The translations under genes and the position numbers were made by a program. A stretch of 61,424 bases of DNA, filler included, from Coriobacteriales bacterium (GTDB lineage Bacteria > Actinomycetota > Coriobacteriia > Coriobacteriales > UBA8131): assembly GCA_031263105.1 (NCBI GenBank). It is 6 parts of 6 records of this genome, joined end to end, with 100 filler letters (N's around TTAATTAATTAA, not from the genome) between each part and the next. Parts side by side here need not be neighbours in the genome. Positions count along the whole stretch, not along the records: positions 8,521 to 34,357 come from JAISGJ010000093.1; 5 more parts are not named here. The stretch is one strand, 5' to 3'. Positions 18,037 through 26,311 of this stretch are shown here, piece by piece. The notes beneath the pieces are model-generated. The model had not been told where the DNA came from. It saw nothing but the letters and a program-made list of their open reading frames with translations, and ran no database searches. Each line of letters starts with the position of its first letter. The stretch's first letter is position 1.

Positions 18037-19122
18037 TCACAGTATCTCCTCCCCCGTGACCGCATCGAAGTGGCAGCGATAGGGCATCCCGTCGGCCTCC
18101 ACCGGGCCGTCCTGCGCCCCGTCCGCTATCCGGTAGCTCCACACGGGCACCAGCTCGACCGCAGAGCGCGAGGGGTCGGTGTAGCGGACGCAGTACTCCA
18201 GTCGGACGTCGGCGACCTCGTAGGGACGAGCCGCGATGAGGGCACCGTACTTCTCCTCCAAAAGCCTGTCGGCGGCCTCCTGGGACAGGAGTTCGACCGT
18301 CCTTGAGGCAGCGGGATCCACCGTGTAGAGCGCCGAGAACGTGAGCGACACGAGGCCCTCGGCGGTGACGAGGGCCTCGGCGGGGATGCCGGCTCTGTAG
18401 TCTGGGCTCTGGAGGGCACGGGTGGGGTCGTCGGCGTACAGGGGGATGCCGTCGACTTCTGGTTCGAGGATTATGCGGTAGCAGTCATCGGCCTCCGTCC
18501 AGGACTCCTTGGGGACGATCTTCCCATACGCGATCATGTCCTCGTTTGTCGGATCCCCCAAGACGTCCTCCTCGGCCGCAGCCATCGCCTCGTGGCCGAG
18601 GGCATAGACCGTCACCTCGCCGGACGAAGTGAGGCCCAAGGCACCCAGGGCTGCCCTCGCCTCGTCGACGGCCTCCTCGGGGCTGCAGAACCAAAGTGCC
18701 TCGTCTGTCGCCGTCCCCGCCGCTTCTAAAAGAGCGTAGCGGGATGCACCAAGACTGAGAACATCTCCGATGGCTTGAGAGAATGGGCTGGACATGCTGA
18801 GATATCCGACACTGTGATCTATGTATACGGAAAAGCCGTCGGTCGTCGTAATGCTGTAACCTGGCCCGCCCTGGCTTTCGTCGTGGTAGGTGACGTCGGA
18901 GACGGTCTTGCCCTCCAAGAGGCAGGCCTCGGCCTCCTCCGGCGTAAGGAGACGGATGCCAAGGGCTGGGATGTCCAGCGTCGCAGAGGCATCCACCGAC
19001 TGCCCCAAGGGGTTGCTGAGGGAGCTTGCTGCGCCCTCGCCGGAGGCACGGCCGGCGCCCTGGCAGGCGGCGAGCGTAAGCATGAGCAGGCACGAGACGG
19101 CACAGAGCACGAACCTTGGCAT
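18037..19122 (-). CDS. Uncharacterised lipoprotein (paralog L2)
   Basis: MPRFVLCAVSCLLMLTLAAC lipobox; paralog of 12891-13976. Confidence 0.87.
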   Translation of the reverse strand: MPRFVLCAVSCLLMLTLAACQGAGRASGEGAASSLSNPLGQSVDASATLDIPALGIRLLTPEEAEACLLEGKTVSDVTYHDESQGGPGYSITTTDGFSVYIDHSVGYLSMSSPFSQAIGDVLSLGASRYALLEAAGTATDEALWFCSPEEAVDEARAALGALGLTSSGEVTVYALGHEAMAAAEEDVLGDPTNEDMIAYGKIVPKESWTEADDCYRIILEPEVDGIPLYADDPTRALQSPDYRAGIPAEALVTAEGLVSLTFSALYTVDPAASRTVELLSQEAADRLLEEKYGALIAARPYEVADVRLEYCVRYTDPSRSAVELVPVWSYRIADGAQDGPVEADGMPYRCHFDAVTGEEIL

Positions 19123-19229
19123 AGCAAGCCCTTCTTTCCTTGAAGCGGGGCGGGAGGCGGGGAGGCGTGCCTCCATCCTCCGGAGTCGCAGGAGCAGCAC
19201 GTAGAGCAGACTCTTCGCTCTCTCAGCCT

Positions 19230-19679
19230 CTAGGAGCACCACTTGACAGCGAGACGCAGCCAGCCAAACTCATCGTTGGTTGTATGGCCAAGCATTCTAA
19301 TCCATGTGTTTGCACCTACAGTAGTGCTGCTCCAGTACCATTGGTATGACGTTTGGCCGTATGCTCCCGGAAAGCCGTTATACCCATACGAGCCCCTGAT
19401 CAGCTCTATGGTGTCTGAGACTACCGCCCCGCCAGAGAGCTTGGCACGAAAGTACACCTTTTCTCCTACATGCCAGTCGCTGGCAACACCGTCAAAACTG
19501 GTTCGCGGCGTAACAAACCAGCGTCCCTCGTTATCTACCTTTTGATTCGGTGGAGTTTCTTCATTGGTGCCATTTGGATTCATAAGCAGCATAAGATCCA
19601 CGTTGCCTGCGAACGCAGGGGAGATGCCCCCGAACAACAGGACACCGACAATCGCAAAGACCGCTATTTTCTTTTTCAT
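19230..19679 (-). CDS. Secreted 149-aa protein (paralog A2)
   Basis: Sec signal MKKKIAVFAIVGVLLFGGISPAFA, RBS AAGGAGGA, visibly lower GC than flanking genes; mature part about 49% identical to 22819-23268 (manual ungapped count, 61/125). Confidence 0.88.
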   Translation of the reverse strand: MKKKIAVFAIVGVLLFGGISPAFAGNVDLMLLMNPNGTNEETPPNQKVDNEGRWFVTPRTSFDGVASDWHVGEKVYFRAKLSGGAVVSDTIELIRGSYGYNGFPGAYGQTSYQWYWSSTTVGANTWIRMLGHTTNDEFGWLRLAVKWCS

Positions 19680-19849
19680 GAAATCCTCCTTCTTCTTGAA
19701 ACGGGACAGCCCAAATCCTCGATGGTGGTCAGAGCACTAGCGTCCGTACCTATCCGCTCGCATGGCATCCCCTCCTTTCAACCCCTCGAATCCCTCAAAA
19801 ACCGGCGGGAAGCGGCACGTTCCGCCGTTCCCCGCCAAGGTGAAGCCTT

Positions 19850-19963
19850 CTACTTGTCCAGCGTAAGCGGAATTTCCACAGACGTGCTATCGACCGCAAA
19901 GGAGAGCGTGAGCGTCTCGGGGGCGTCGAAGTACATGCTGTCGAGCTCGATACGGCTAGCCAC
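19850..19963 (-). pseudogene. Chimeric deletion scar: first codons of the ABC-2 permease fused in frame to the anti-sigma C-terminus
   Basis: GTG-ASR (compare MASR at 18012) joined to IELDSMYFDAPETLTLSFAVDSTSVEIPLTLDK-stop (compare the end of 25058-26311). Confidence 0.8.
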
Positions 19964-19987
19964 ACAGGCGCCTCCGGGAGACGTGCC

Positions 19988-21081
19988 TCACAGTATCTCC
20001 TCTCCCGTGACCGCGTTGAAATAGCATTGGGAGGGCATCCCATCGGCATCCACCGGGCCGTTCTGTGCCCTATCCGCTATCGAGTAGCTCCATGCAGGCA
20101 CCAACTCGACCGCAGCATGCAAGGAGTCGGTGTATTGGACAAAATACTCCAGCCGAACGTCGGTGACCTCGTAGGGGCGATTCGTGATGAGGAGACCGTA
20201 CTTCTCATCCAAGCACCTGTCCGCAGCCTCTTGGGGCAGGAGCTCAACCGTCCTTACAGTCGAGTGATCCGTCGTGTAGAACGCCTTGACCCAAAGCGAG
20301 ACGATGCCGTCAGCGGTAACGAGGGCCTCGATGGCACCACCCGGACTGGAGTTGTAAGTCTGAACGCTGGTAAAGTCGTCAGAGTGCAGAGGGATGCCGC
20401 CGATTTCCGTCTCAAGGACTATGTAGTAGCAGTCGTCGGCCTCCGTCCAAGAGTCTTTGGAGGCAAGCTTGCCCAAGGCGAGCATGTCATCATTGTTCGG
20501 ATCCCCCAAAATAGCCTCCTCAGCCGCTGCCATCGCCTCGTGGCCGAGGGCATAGATCGCCACCTCGCCGGTCTGGGTGAAGCCCAGACCGGTCAGAGCA
20601 GCCTTCAGCGTGTCGACGGCCCCTCAGGACTACAGAACCAAAGGCTCTCGGCTGTAGACGAGCTCTTCGCCCCTAAAAAAGCATCCCTGTCCACAGCGAG
20701 GCCCAAGATCTGATCGACGGATCTCGCAAGCGGGCCACGGAACACAAGCGAACTGTGGTTCGCAAACGAACTGCTGGTCGCTACGGATGCGACAAAACCC
20801 TCGGTCGTCGTAATGGTACAGACTGAGTCATCCACAACTTCATAGTATTCGGTATCAGAGACAGTCCTGCCTTCGAGGAGGCAGGACATAACCTCTTCCG
20901 GCGTAACCGCGCAAAAGGCAAGCGCCGGGACATCAAGCGTCACAGGAGTATCCACTGATTGCGCAAGGGGGTTGCTGATGGGGTTGCCGGCGTCCTCTCC
21001 AGAGGCACGACCGGCACCCTGACAGGAACTGAGCGCGAGCGCGAGCAGGAACGAAGCAACAAGCAACACGAATCTGGGCAT
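19988..21081 (-). pseudogene. Lipoprotein paralog L1, frameshifted
   Basis: Two ORFs (20605-21081 and 19988-20563) align to consecutive halves of L2/L3. A 1-nt deletion at about 20621 turns CSPEEAVD into CSPEGPSTR-stop. Confidence 0.82.
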
Positions 21082-21123
21082 AGTCGCTCCCTTCCTTGAA
21101 ACGAGGCATGACATGGCATTCCC

Positions 21124-22662
21124 TCACATCAGTATTCGTCTAGGCTTCAAACGCAGCACGTAGAGCAGGGGCACAGCGCACGAGAGGGCCGCCACGCCCA
21201 TGCCAAGGCCAAGGAACGTGAGCACATAGGGCGCGTCGATGCCCACCCGATAGCCCGCCACGGCATCCTCTGCGGAGAGCGTGCCTATCAGGAGGCCCAC
21301 GTCGTCGCCGAGGTGGTTGCCCGAGATTTCCACTCCGTAGCCCGAGTAAGCGATGCCCTGCCGAGCCGCCATCCGGCCCTCCACCACCTGCTGGGAGAGC
21401 GCATCGGAAGCGAGCGAGCCCACGAGCAACGCAAGAGCAAGGGCGACGAGGGCGACCACGAGCACCTCCACGAGCACCTGAGCGACGACAGCAGGGCGGT
21501 GCGCGCCGAGCGAGAGGTAGACGCCGAACTCACGTCGGCGGTCACGCAAGGAGAGCACGACGACGAGCGAGACGACGGCCAACGCCGCCGCCGCCGTGGC
21601 GAGGACGGTCGTGTCCATAGCCCGTTGGATGCTCTTCATCGGGGCGGCCACCTCCTCAAACTGGGTCGTGGCGGAGAGCACCTTATAGAACTCGGGGAGC
21701 GCCGCCTGCGCCGCCTGCTCGAAGCTGTCGAGGTCGTCGGCGGAATGGAGCAGATAGAGGAGAGTATAGGACGGCCCTCTGTCGTCCGGTGCCTGCCCCG
21801 CAAACTTACGCTCCGCCTCCAGAGCGAACTCCTGCTCCTCCCGCGCGAGGCTTACGGGCACATAGAAGGTTCGGTAGTACTCGTTCGCAGCCTGGGCGAC
21901 ACGTTCCTTGAGCGCATCCCTGCCCAGCCCGTCTGCGACGGCAGCGCCCGCGCCACCGTCGAGGGAGAACACACCGATGACCTCGAGCACGACATCGCGC
22001 GAGGCGAGCACCTCACCGTCCTCCCGACCGTAACCTTTCACCGAACTCACTTCCGAGTAGTCCCGCACCTCGTTGAGGAGGGTCACAGCATCCCCTGCGT
22101 GGAGGCCGTTCTCTGCGGCCACCACGTCGGGGATGAGGGCGACCGGCCTGCCCTCGGCGACCTCCTCCTCGGTGAACGTGCGCCCCTCCACGAGAGCGAG
22201 GGCACCCTCCTCGATGGGCATGACAGGGGCATAGCGCGTGCCCCGGAGCACGAAGTAGGCCATATCCGCTACCGGGCCATAACTCAGGGCCTCCGTATCC
22301 CAAGCCGGGTACCAGTTCCTCAGTTCCGGGGCCGCAAGGAATGCATTGGTCGAATAGTCGAAGCTCCTGACCTCGGGGCGCCGCCCCAGCTCCTCAACGA
22401 GCTCCGCGCTGAGGTTCTTGACAATGAACTCGTCGAAGTCAATTCCCCTCTTCCAAGCCCCTGTCAGCGCTTGGGTATCACGCCCCAAGGATACGCTTGC
22501 CCCCAGCGCCTGCTTCGCCGCCTCCTCGGATTCCGCCACCGCCTGGCGTACCGCCACCGCACCCGCCGCCAAGCTTCCGAGGGCGAACACGACGAGGAGC
22601 AGGATGAGGTTCTTGCCGGGCCGCCGCACGATGCTCAGGAACGCGCGTTTCGTGAAATGCAT
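21124..22662 (-). CDS. FtsX/MacB-type ABC permease (paralog 1)
   Basis: Highly similar to 14172-15698; RDRRREFGVYLSLG motif. Confidence 0.92.
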   Translation of the reverse strand: MHFTKRAFLSIVRRPGKNLILLLVVFALGSLAAGAVAVRQAVAESEEAAKQALGASVSLGRDTQALTGAWKRGIDFDEFIVKNLSAELVEELGRRPEVRSFDYSTNAFLAAPELRNWYPAWDTEALSYGPVADMAYFVLRGTRYAPVMPIEEGALALVEGRTFTEEEVAEGRPVALIPDVVAAENGLHAGDAVTLLNEVRDYSEVSSVKGYGREDGEVLASRDVVLEVIGVFSLDGGAGAAVADGLGRDALKERVAQAANEYYRTFYVPVSLAREEQEFALEAERKFAGQAPDDRGPSYTLLYLLHSADDLDSFEQAAQAALPEFYKVLSATTQFEEVAAPMKSIQRAMDTTVLATAAAALAVVSLVVVLSLRDRRREFGVYLSLGAHRPAVVAQVLVEVLVVALVALALALLVGSLASDALSQQVVEGRMAARQGIAYSGYGVEISGNHLGDDVGLLIGTLSAEDAVAGYRVGIDAPYVLTFLGLGMGVAALSCAVPLLYVLRLKPRRILM

Positions 22663-22818
22663 GCGCTGCCCCTTCCCTGCCCGCTGCCGTAAGGTTCCTC
22701 CGACGCAACGATATGAAGACCAAACGCCGGAATATACCTACTCATAGACGCTGCCATTTTGGAAAGAGGGTGCAGGCAAGCGAGAAGCCTACAGCCACCA
22801 GATTCCCACAATCGACCT

Positions 22819-23268
22819 CTAGGGACACCACCTGCCGACCATACGCAAAGCGCCGAAGCTGTCGCTGTTTTTATAGCCAGCCATTTTGACAACATAGTTC
22901 GCACCCACAGAGAGAGAACTCCAATACCACTGGTATGCATGGACGTTATAGGTTCCGAAAAAGCCGTTAGGCCCATTCCCATTCTTGATCAGCCCTACCG
23001 TATCCGAGAGCGCCGCTCCAGCGAAATTCTGTGCACGAAAGTATACCGCTTCACCCGTGTTCCAGTCGCTGGAAGCACTCCCTAGGCTGGACAGCGGCGT
23101 AACGTACCAGCGCCCCTCGCTGTCATCTTTCGCGTTCGTCGCAGTATGTGACTCGATACCGCCTTGCTGGATGAGAAGATTAAAATCCGCGTTGCCAGCA
23201 AATGCAGGAATAGCGCCCCCAAACAACAGGATGCCAACAATCGCAAAAATCGCTATCTTCTTCTTCAT
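22819..23268 (-). CDS. Secreted 149-aa protein (paralog A1)
   Basis: Signal peptide MKKKIAIFAIVGILLFGGAIPAFA, RBS AAGGAGGA; ends in GRWCP. Confidence 0.88.
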   Translation of the reverse strand: MKKKIAIFAIVGILLFGGAIPAFAGNADFNLLIQQGGIESHTATNAKDDSEGRWYVTPLSSLGSASSDWNTGEAVYFRAQNFAGAALSDTVGLIKNGNGPNGFFGTYNVHAYQWYWSSLSVGANYVVKMAGYKNSDSFGALRMVGRWCP

Positions 23269-23380
23269 GAAATCCTCCTTCTTCTTGAAACGGGACAACT
23301 CGAATCCTCGATGGCAGTCAGCGCACTAGCGTCCGTACCGATCCGCTCGCATGGCATCCCCTCCTCGTATCATAATCATC

Positions 23381-23585
23381 GTCTCCTCCCGGAGACTTTC
23401 AGTCCTGTACTTACGTCTTTGTGAATATGGGGCAATCCATGACGGCAGGGGTCGCATTTCATCTCCTGAAGCTCAGTCTTCTTCTGAAAGGCTTGCGCCC
23501 CTGCCTGGCGGAGTAACACCGATCAGCTGGATAGCGCTCAGTCGCTTCATGTCTAACGAGGATGTGTGCCGTCAGGCTCCGGGGA
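23381..23585 (+). ncRNA. Putative IS110 bridge RNA (left-end non-coding RNA)
   Basis: 5' hairpin GTCTCC/GGAGAC. A stem-enclosed loop carries TCATCTCCT and TGAAAGG, matching the target. A second loop carries AGCTGG and ACGAGG, matching the donor junction. Both inner hairpins share GCTCAGTC. Boundaries are approximate. Confidence 0.72.
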
Positions 23586-23629
23586 AGAACCTGCCACCCT
23601 TTATCCGTTTGATTGATTGGAGGTAGAAG

Positions 23630-24814
23630 GTGTACTACGTAGGCATCGATGTCGCCAAGCGAAAGCACAGCATGGCGGTAATCACAGGCGAGGGCGAAAA
23701 AGTCATAGAGGGCTTTGAGCTCGCCAACACGACCGAGGGGTTCAAGGTGATGTTAGAGATGCTTGCTGCGTCAGGCGTCACGCACGAAAACTCAAAGGTC
23801 GCCTTAGAGTCCACCGGCCACTGCAGCAACGCCATATCGGCGCATCTGGTGGTCCACGGCTTTCAGATTGCCCTGGGCAATCCGCTTCAGACCCACAACT
23901 TCGCCAAGGCCCAAAGCATAAGAAAGGTGAAAAACGATGCTGTCGACGCATTGGCGCTGGCGCAGTGGCTGCTGCTTCAACGCCCAGGCTGCTTTAAGAT
24001 GTCATCGTCTGAAGCCGCAGAGCTGAAGTCGATCGCAAGGTTTCGCACCTTTCAAATGCAGATTATAGGCGATTGCAAAAGAAAGGTCATCGCGATTTTA
24101 GACCAGCTCTTCCCGGAGTACGAGCGCTTCTTCTCCGACATCTTCGGCACAGCCTCTACAGCAGCGCTTTTGCGCTACCCGTCGGCCAGAGCGCTGTCCC
24201 GCGCCCATATCGACTCCCTCGCGAACCTGCTGAAAAGCTCCAGCAGGGGCAAGTTGGGTTCCGAGTTGGCGATAAGGCTGCGGGATGCGGCCAAAGACTC
24301 GTTTGCCACCAATGCCGCCGTCGAATCCCAGTCTATGGCGCTGGTGCAACTACTGACCCAAATCGAGTTCAGCAAAAAGCAGCTCAGGGCCATTGACAAG
24401 GAGATGAAGTCGCTGCTGGACGTCGCCGCGACACCCATCGCCACTATCCCTGGGATCGGCATCGTCTGCGCAGCCACCATCCTCGGCGAGATTGGCGACA
24501 TAACGCGGTTCAAGAAGCCATCAAGCCTGGTGGCCTATGCCGGGCTTGACCCGTCGGTCTTTCAGTCCGGTGAGTTCACCGGCACGAAGAACCACCTGTC
24601 CAAGCGCGGCTCGACGTTCCTGCGCTGGGCGCTTTGGATAGCTGCTGACCGGGCTAGGATGTTTGACCCGGCGTTTAAAGCCTACTATGCCAAGAAGCGC
24701 TCGGAGGGCAAGTGCCACAAGGTGGCGATGACCGCCGTGGCTCGAAAGCTCTGCAACACCATCTTTGCCGTTTTGACCAGGAACACCGAATACGTCTGCC
24801 CGGTCGCCGGGTAG
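23630..24814 (+). CDS. IS110 family DEDD transposase/recombinase
   Basis: YVGIDVAK, ALESTGH and KNDAVDA (DEDD), IPGIG, EIGDITRF, AYAGLDP.VFQSG (catalytic Ser region), SKRGS, AVARKL. GTG start after GGAGG. Confidence 0.97.
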   Translation: MYYVGIDVAKRKHSMAVITGEGEKVIEGFELANTTEGFKVMLEMLAASGVTHENSKVALESTGHCSNAISAHLVVHGFQIALGNPLQTHNFAKAQSIRKVKNDAVDALALAQWLLLQRPGCFKMSSSEAAELKSIARFRTFQMQIIGDCKRKVIAILDQLFPEYERFFSDIFGTASTAALLRYPSARALSRAHIDSLANLLKSSSRGKLGSELAIRLRDAAKDSFATNAAVESQSMALVQLLTQIEFSKKQLRAIDKEMKSLLDVAATPIATIPGIGIVCAATILGEIGDITRFKKPSSLVAYAGLDPSVFQSGEFTGTKNHLSKRGSTFLRWALWIAADRARMFDPAFKAYYAKKRSEGKCHKVAMTAVARKLCNTIFAVLTRNTEYVCPVAG

Positions 24815-25004
24815 CCTGAAGACCTCAATCCGCAATCATAGCGAGCGGTTCTGCCGCCCGCCACCTTATGCTGCCCAAAAATGCCTAAAGTCTTCGTATG
24901 CGACCCGGGTTTGTCCCATATTCAACTTTCAAAGATCACTTTCAAAAACTTCTCAAGACTCTATTGACTTTTCATAGCTGGCCTTTCAATCCCTCGAATC
25001 CCTC

Positions 25005-25045
25005 AAAAACCGGCGGGGAGCGGCACGTTCCGGCGTTCCCCGCCA
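25005..25045 (-). terminator. Possible intrinsic terminator after the anti-sigma gene (paralog at about 19797-19836)
   Basis: GGCGGGGA...TCCCCGCC stem followed by GGTTTTT on the minus strand. Confidence 0.45.
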
Positions 25046-25057
25046 GGGTGAAACCTC

Positions 25058-26311
25058 CTACTTGTCCAGCGTAAGCGGAAGCTCTACGACCGTGCGACCA
25101 GATGCAAAAGAGAGCGTAAGGGTCTCGGGGGCATCGAAGTACATGCTGTCGAGCTCGAACCAACACTTCGCGACGCCGTCCGTCACGCCGTTTTGACTCC
25201 AAGACCCGGCATCGTAACGTTTGCCGCCCGCTTCCGCACAGGCGTCTACGTGCATCAGGTCGTACTTGGCCTGCGGGTAGCCCGTCTCAGCCGAGAGCGT
25301 CGCGCTGTCAGGGTGGCCCAAGCCGTTCTTCGAGAAGTCAAGATCAGCCTCGAGCCTGCACACGGAGGGCAGGACCGTCACACTCGTGACCTCGATGCCG
25401 GCAGTTGCGAAACCTGGCGCGACACTGTAGGAGAGGGCTTCGATGCGCAGGAACTTGCTATCGACGTCTATGTCGTATGTCCAGTCGCCCCCAAGGACCA
25501 CGGTCTCCAGCGCACCGTCTGCACCAGCGTAGTAACTGAAGCTCAGGTCACTGATGCTCACACGCACCTTTTTCTCGACAGAAACCACCGGTTCGTCGAA
25601 TTTGACAATAACGGGAACCTGGTACCTGCCATCCTCGGTCTTCGCGACATCGGCCATGGCGATAAAATCTTGGTTGCTCCGCACGCTTTCGTGGGTGTTG
25701 TTTTTCATGTCGAAGAAGTAATGGCCTCCGGGAAACGTCTTGTTCTCGATGCCAGTCTCGAAGTCAAAGCTCTCCTTCCACGCGGCGGTCTTGCCGTTCT
25801 CATCGGTCATCTCCAACGAGAACTCCCGCATGAACACGGAAGTGGGGTCATCCGGGATGTCCACGCCGGACAGGATGAAGTCGAGGCCGATCTCGTTGCT
25901 GTCCGCATAGTAGGCCTGGAGCTCCAGCGTGGCACCGAAGGTGAAGACAGGCGACCCGTCCTGCGCCTCGGCCACGAAGCCGGCATCGACGATGGCGCGG
26001 CGCGAATCGTTGGCGAGCATCCCGTCCCCGGTAATCGTCGCGAACAGGGTGCCGAGCGCCCCCGTTGCCGCAAGCGCGGTCGTGCCCAGCGCCAGCACAA
26101 GGATGGTTGCAACGGCGACCGTGGCAAACACGCGGCGACGCGGAGCCCCCGCATACGCTCTCTCCCAACGCGAATGCCCCTGCGAGCCTTTCTGGGAGGC
26201 ATGGCCCTTCACCCTGTCCACGAGGTCGCGACTCGGCGTCTCCGAGATGGAGAGCGCCCGACGGAGCAGGGCGTCGACATCGACTCCGTCAACTCGATTG
26301 TCAGAAGCCAT
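25058..26311 (-). CDS. Putative anti-sigma factor (DUF4179-like, single TM)
   Basis: Short cytoplasmic N-terminus (DALLRRAL), one TM helix (VAVATILVLALGTTALAA), large beta-rich extracellular domain; overlaps the ECF sigma stop codon. Confidence 0.78.
   Translation of the reverse strand: MASDNRVDGVDVDALLRRALSISETPSRDLVDRVKGHASQKGSQGHSRWERAYAGAPRRRVFATVAVATILVLALGTTALAATGALGTLFATITGDGMLANDSRRAIVDAGFVAEAQDGSPVFTFGATLELQAYYADSNEIGLDFILSGVDIPDDPTSVFMREFSLEMTDENGKTAAWKESFDFETGIENKTFPGGHYFFDMKNNTHESVRSNQDFIAMADVAKTEDGRYQVPVIVKFDEPVVSVEKKVRVSISDLSFSYYAGADGALETVVLGGDWTYDIDVDSKFLRIEALSYSVAPGFATAGIEVTSVTVLPSVCRLEADLDFSKNGLGHPDSATLSAETGYPQAKYDLMHVDACAEAGGKRYDAGSWSQNGVTDGVAKCWFELDSMYFDAPETLTLSFASGRTVVELPLTLDK

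Larger units (their letters stand above)
23366..24984 (+). mobile_element. IS110 family insertion sequence, 1619 bp, CCT core
   Basis: The flanks rejoin to match the empty paralogous site at 19761-19790. CCT is present at both junctions (23363-23365 and 24982-24984). No terminal inverted repeats seen. Confidence 0.92.

Noticed and set aside
11129..22662. Paralog array as a diversity-generating retroelement or invertase shufflon
   Set aside because: No reverse transcriptase or site-specific invertase, all copies are co-oriented, and differences are not adenine-specific.
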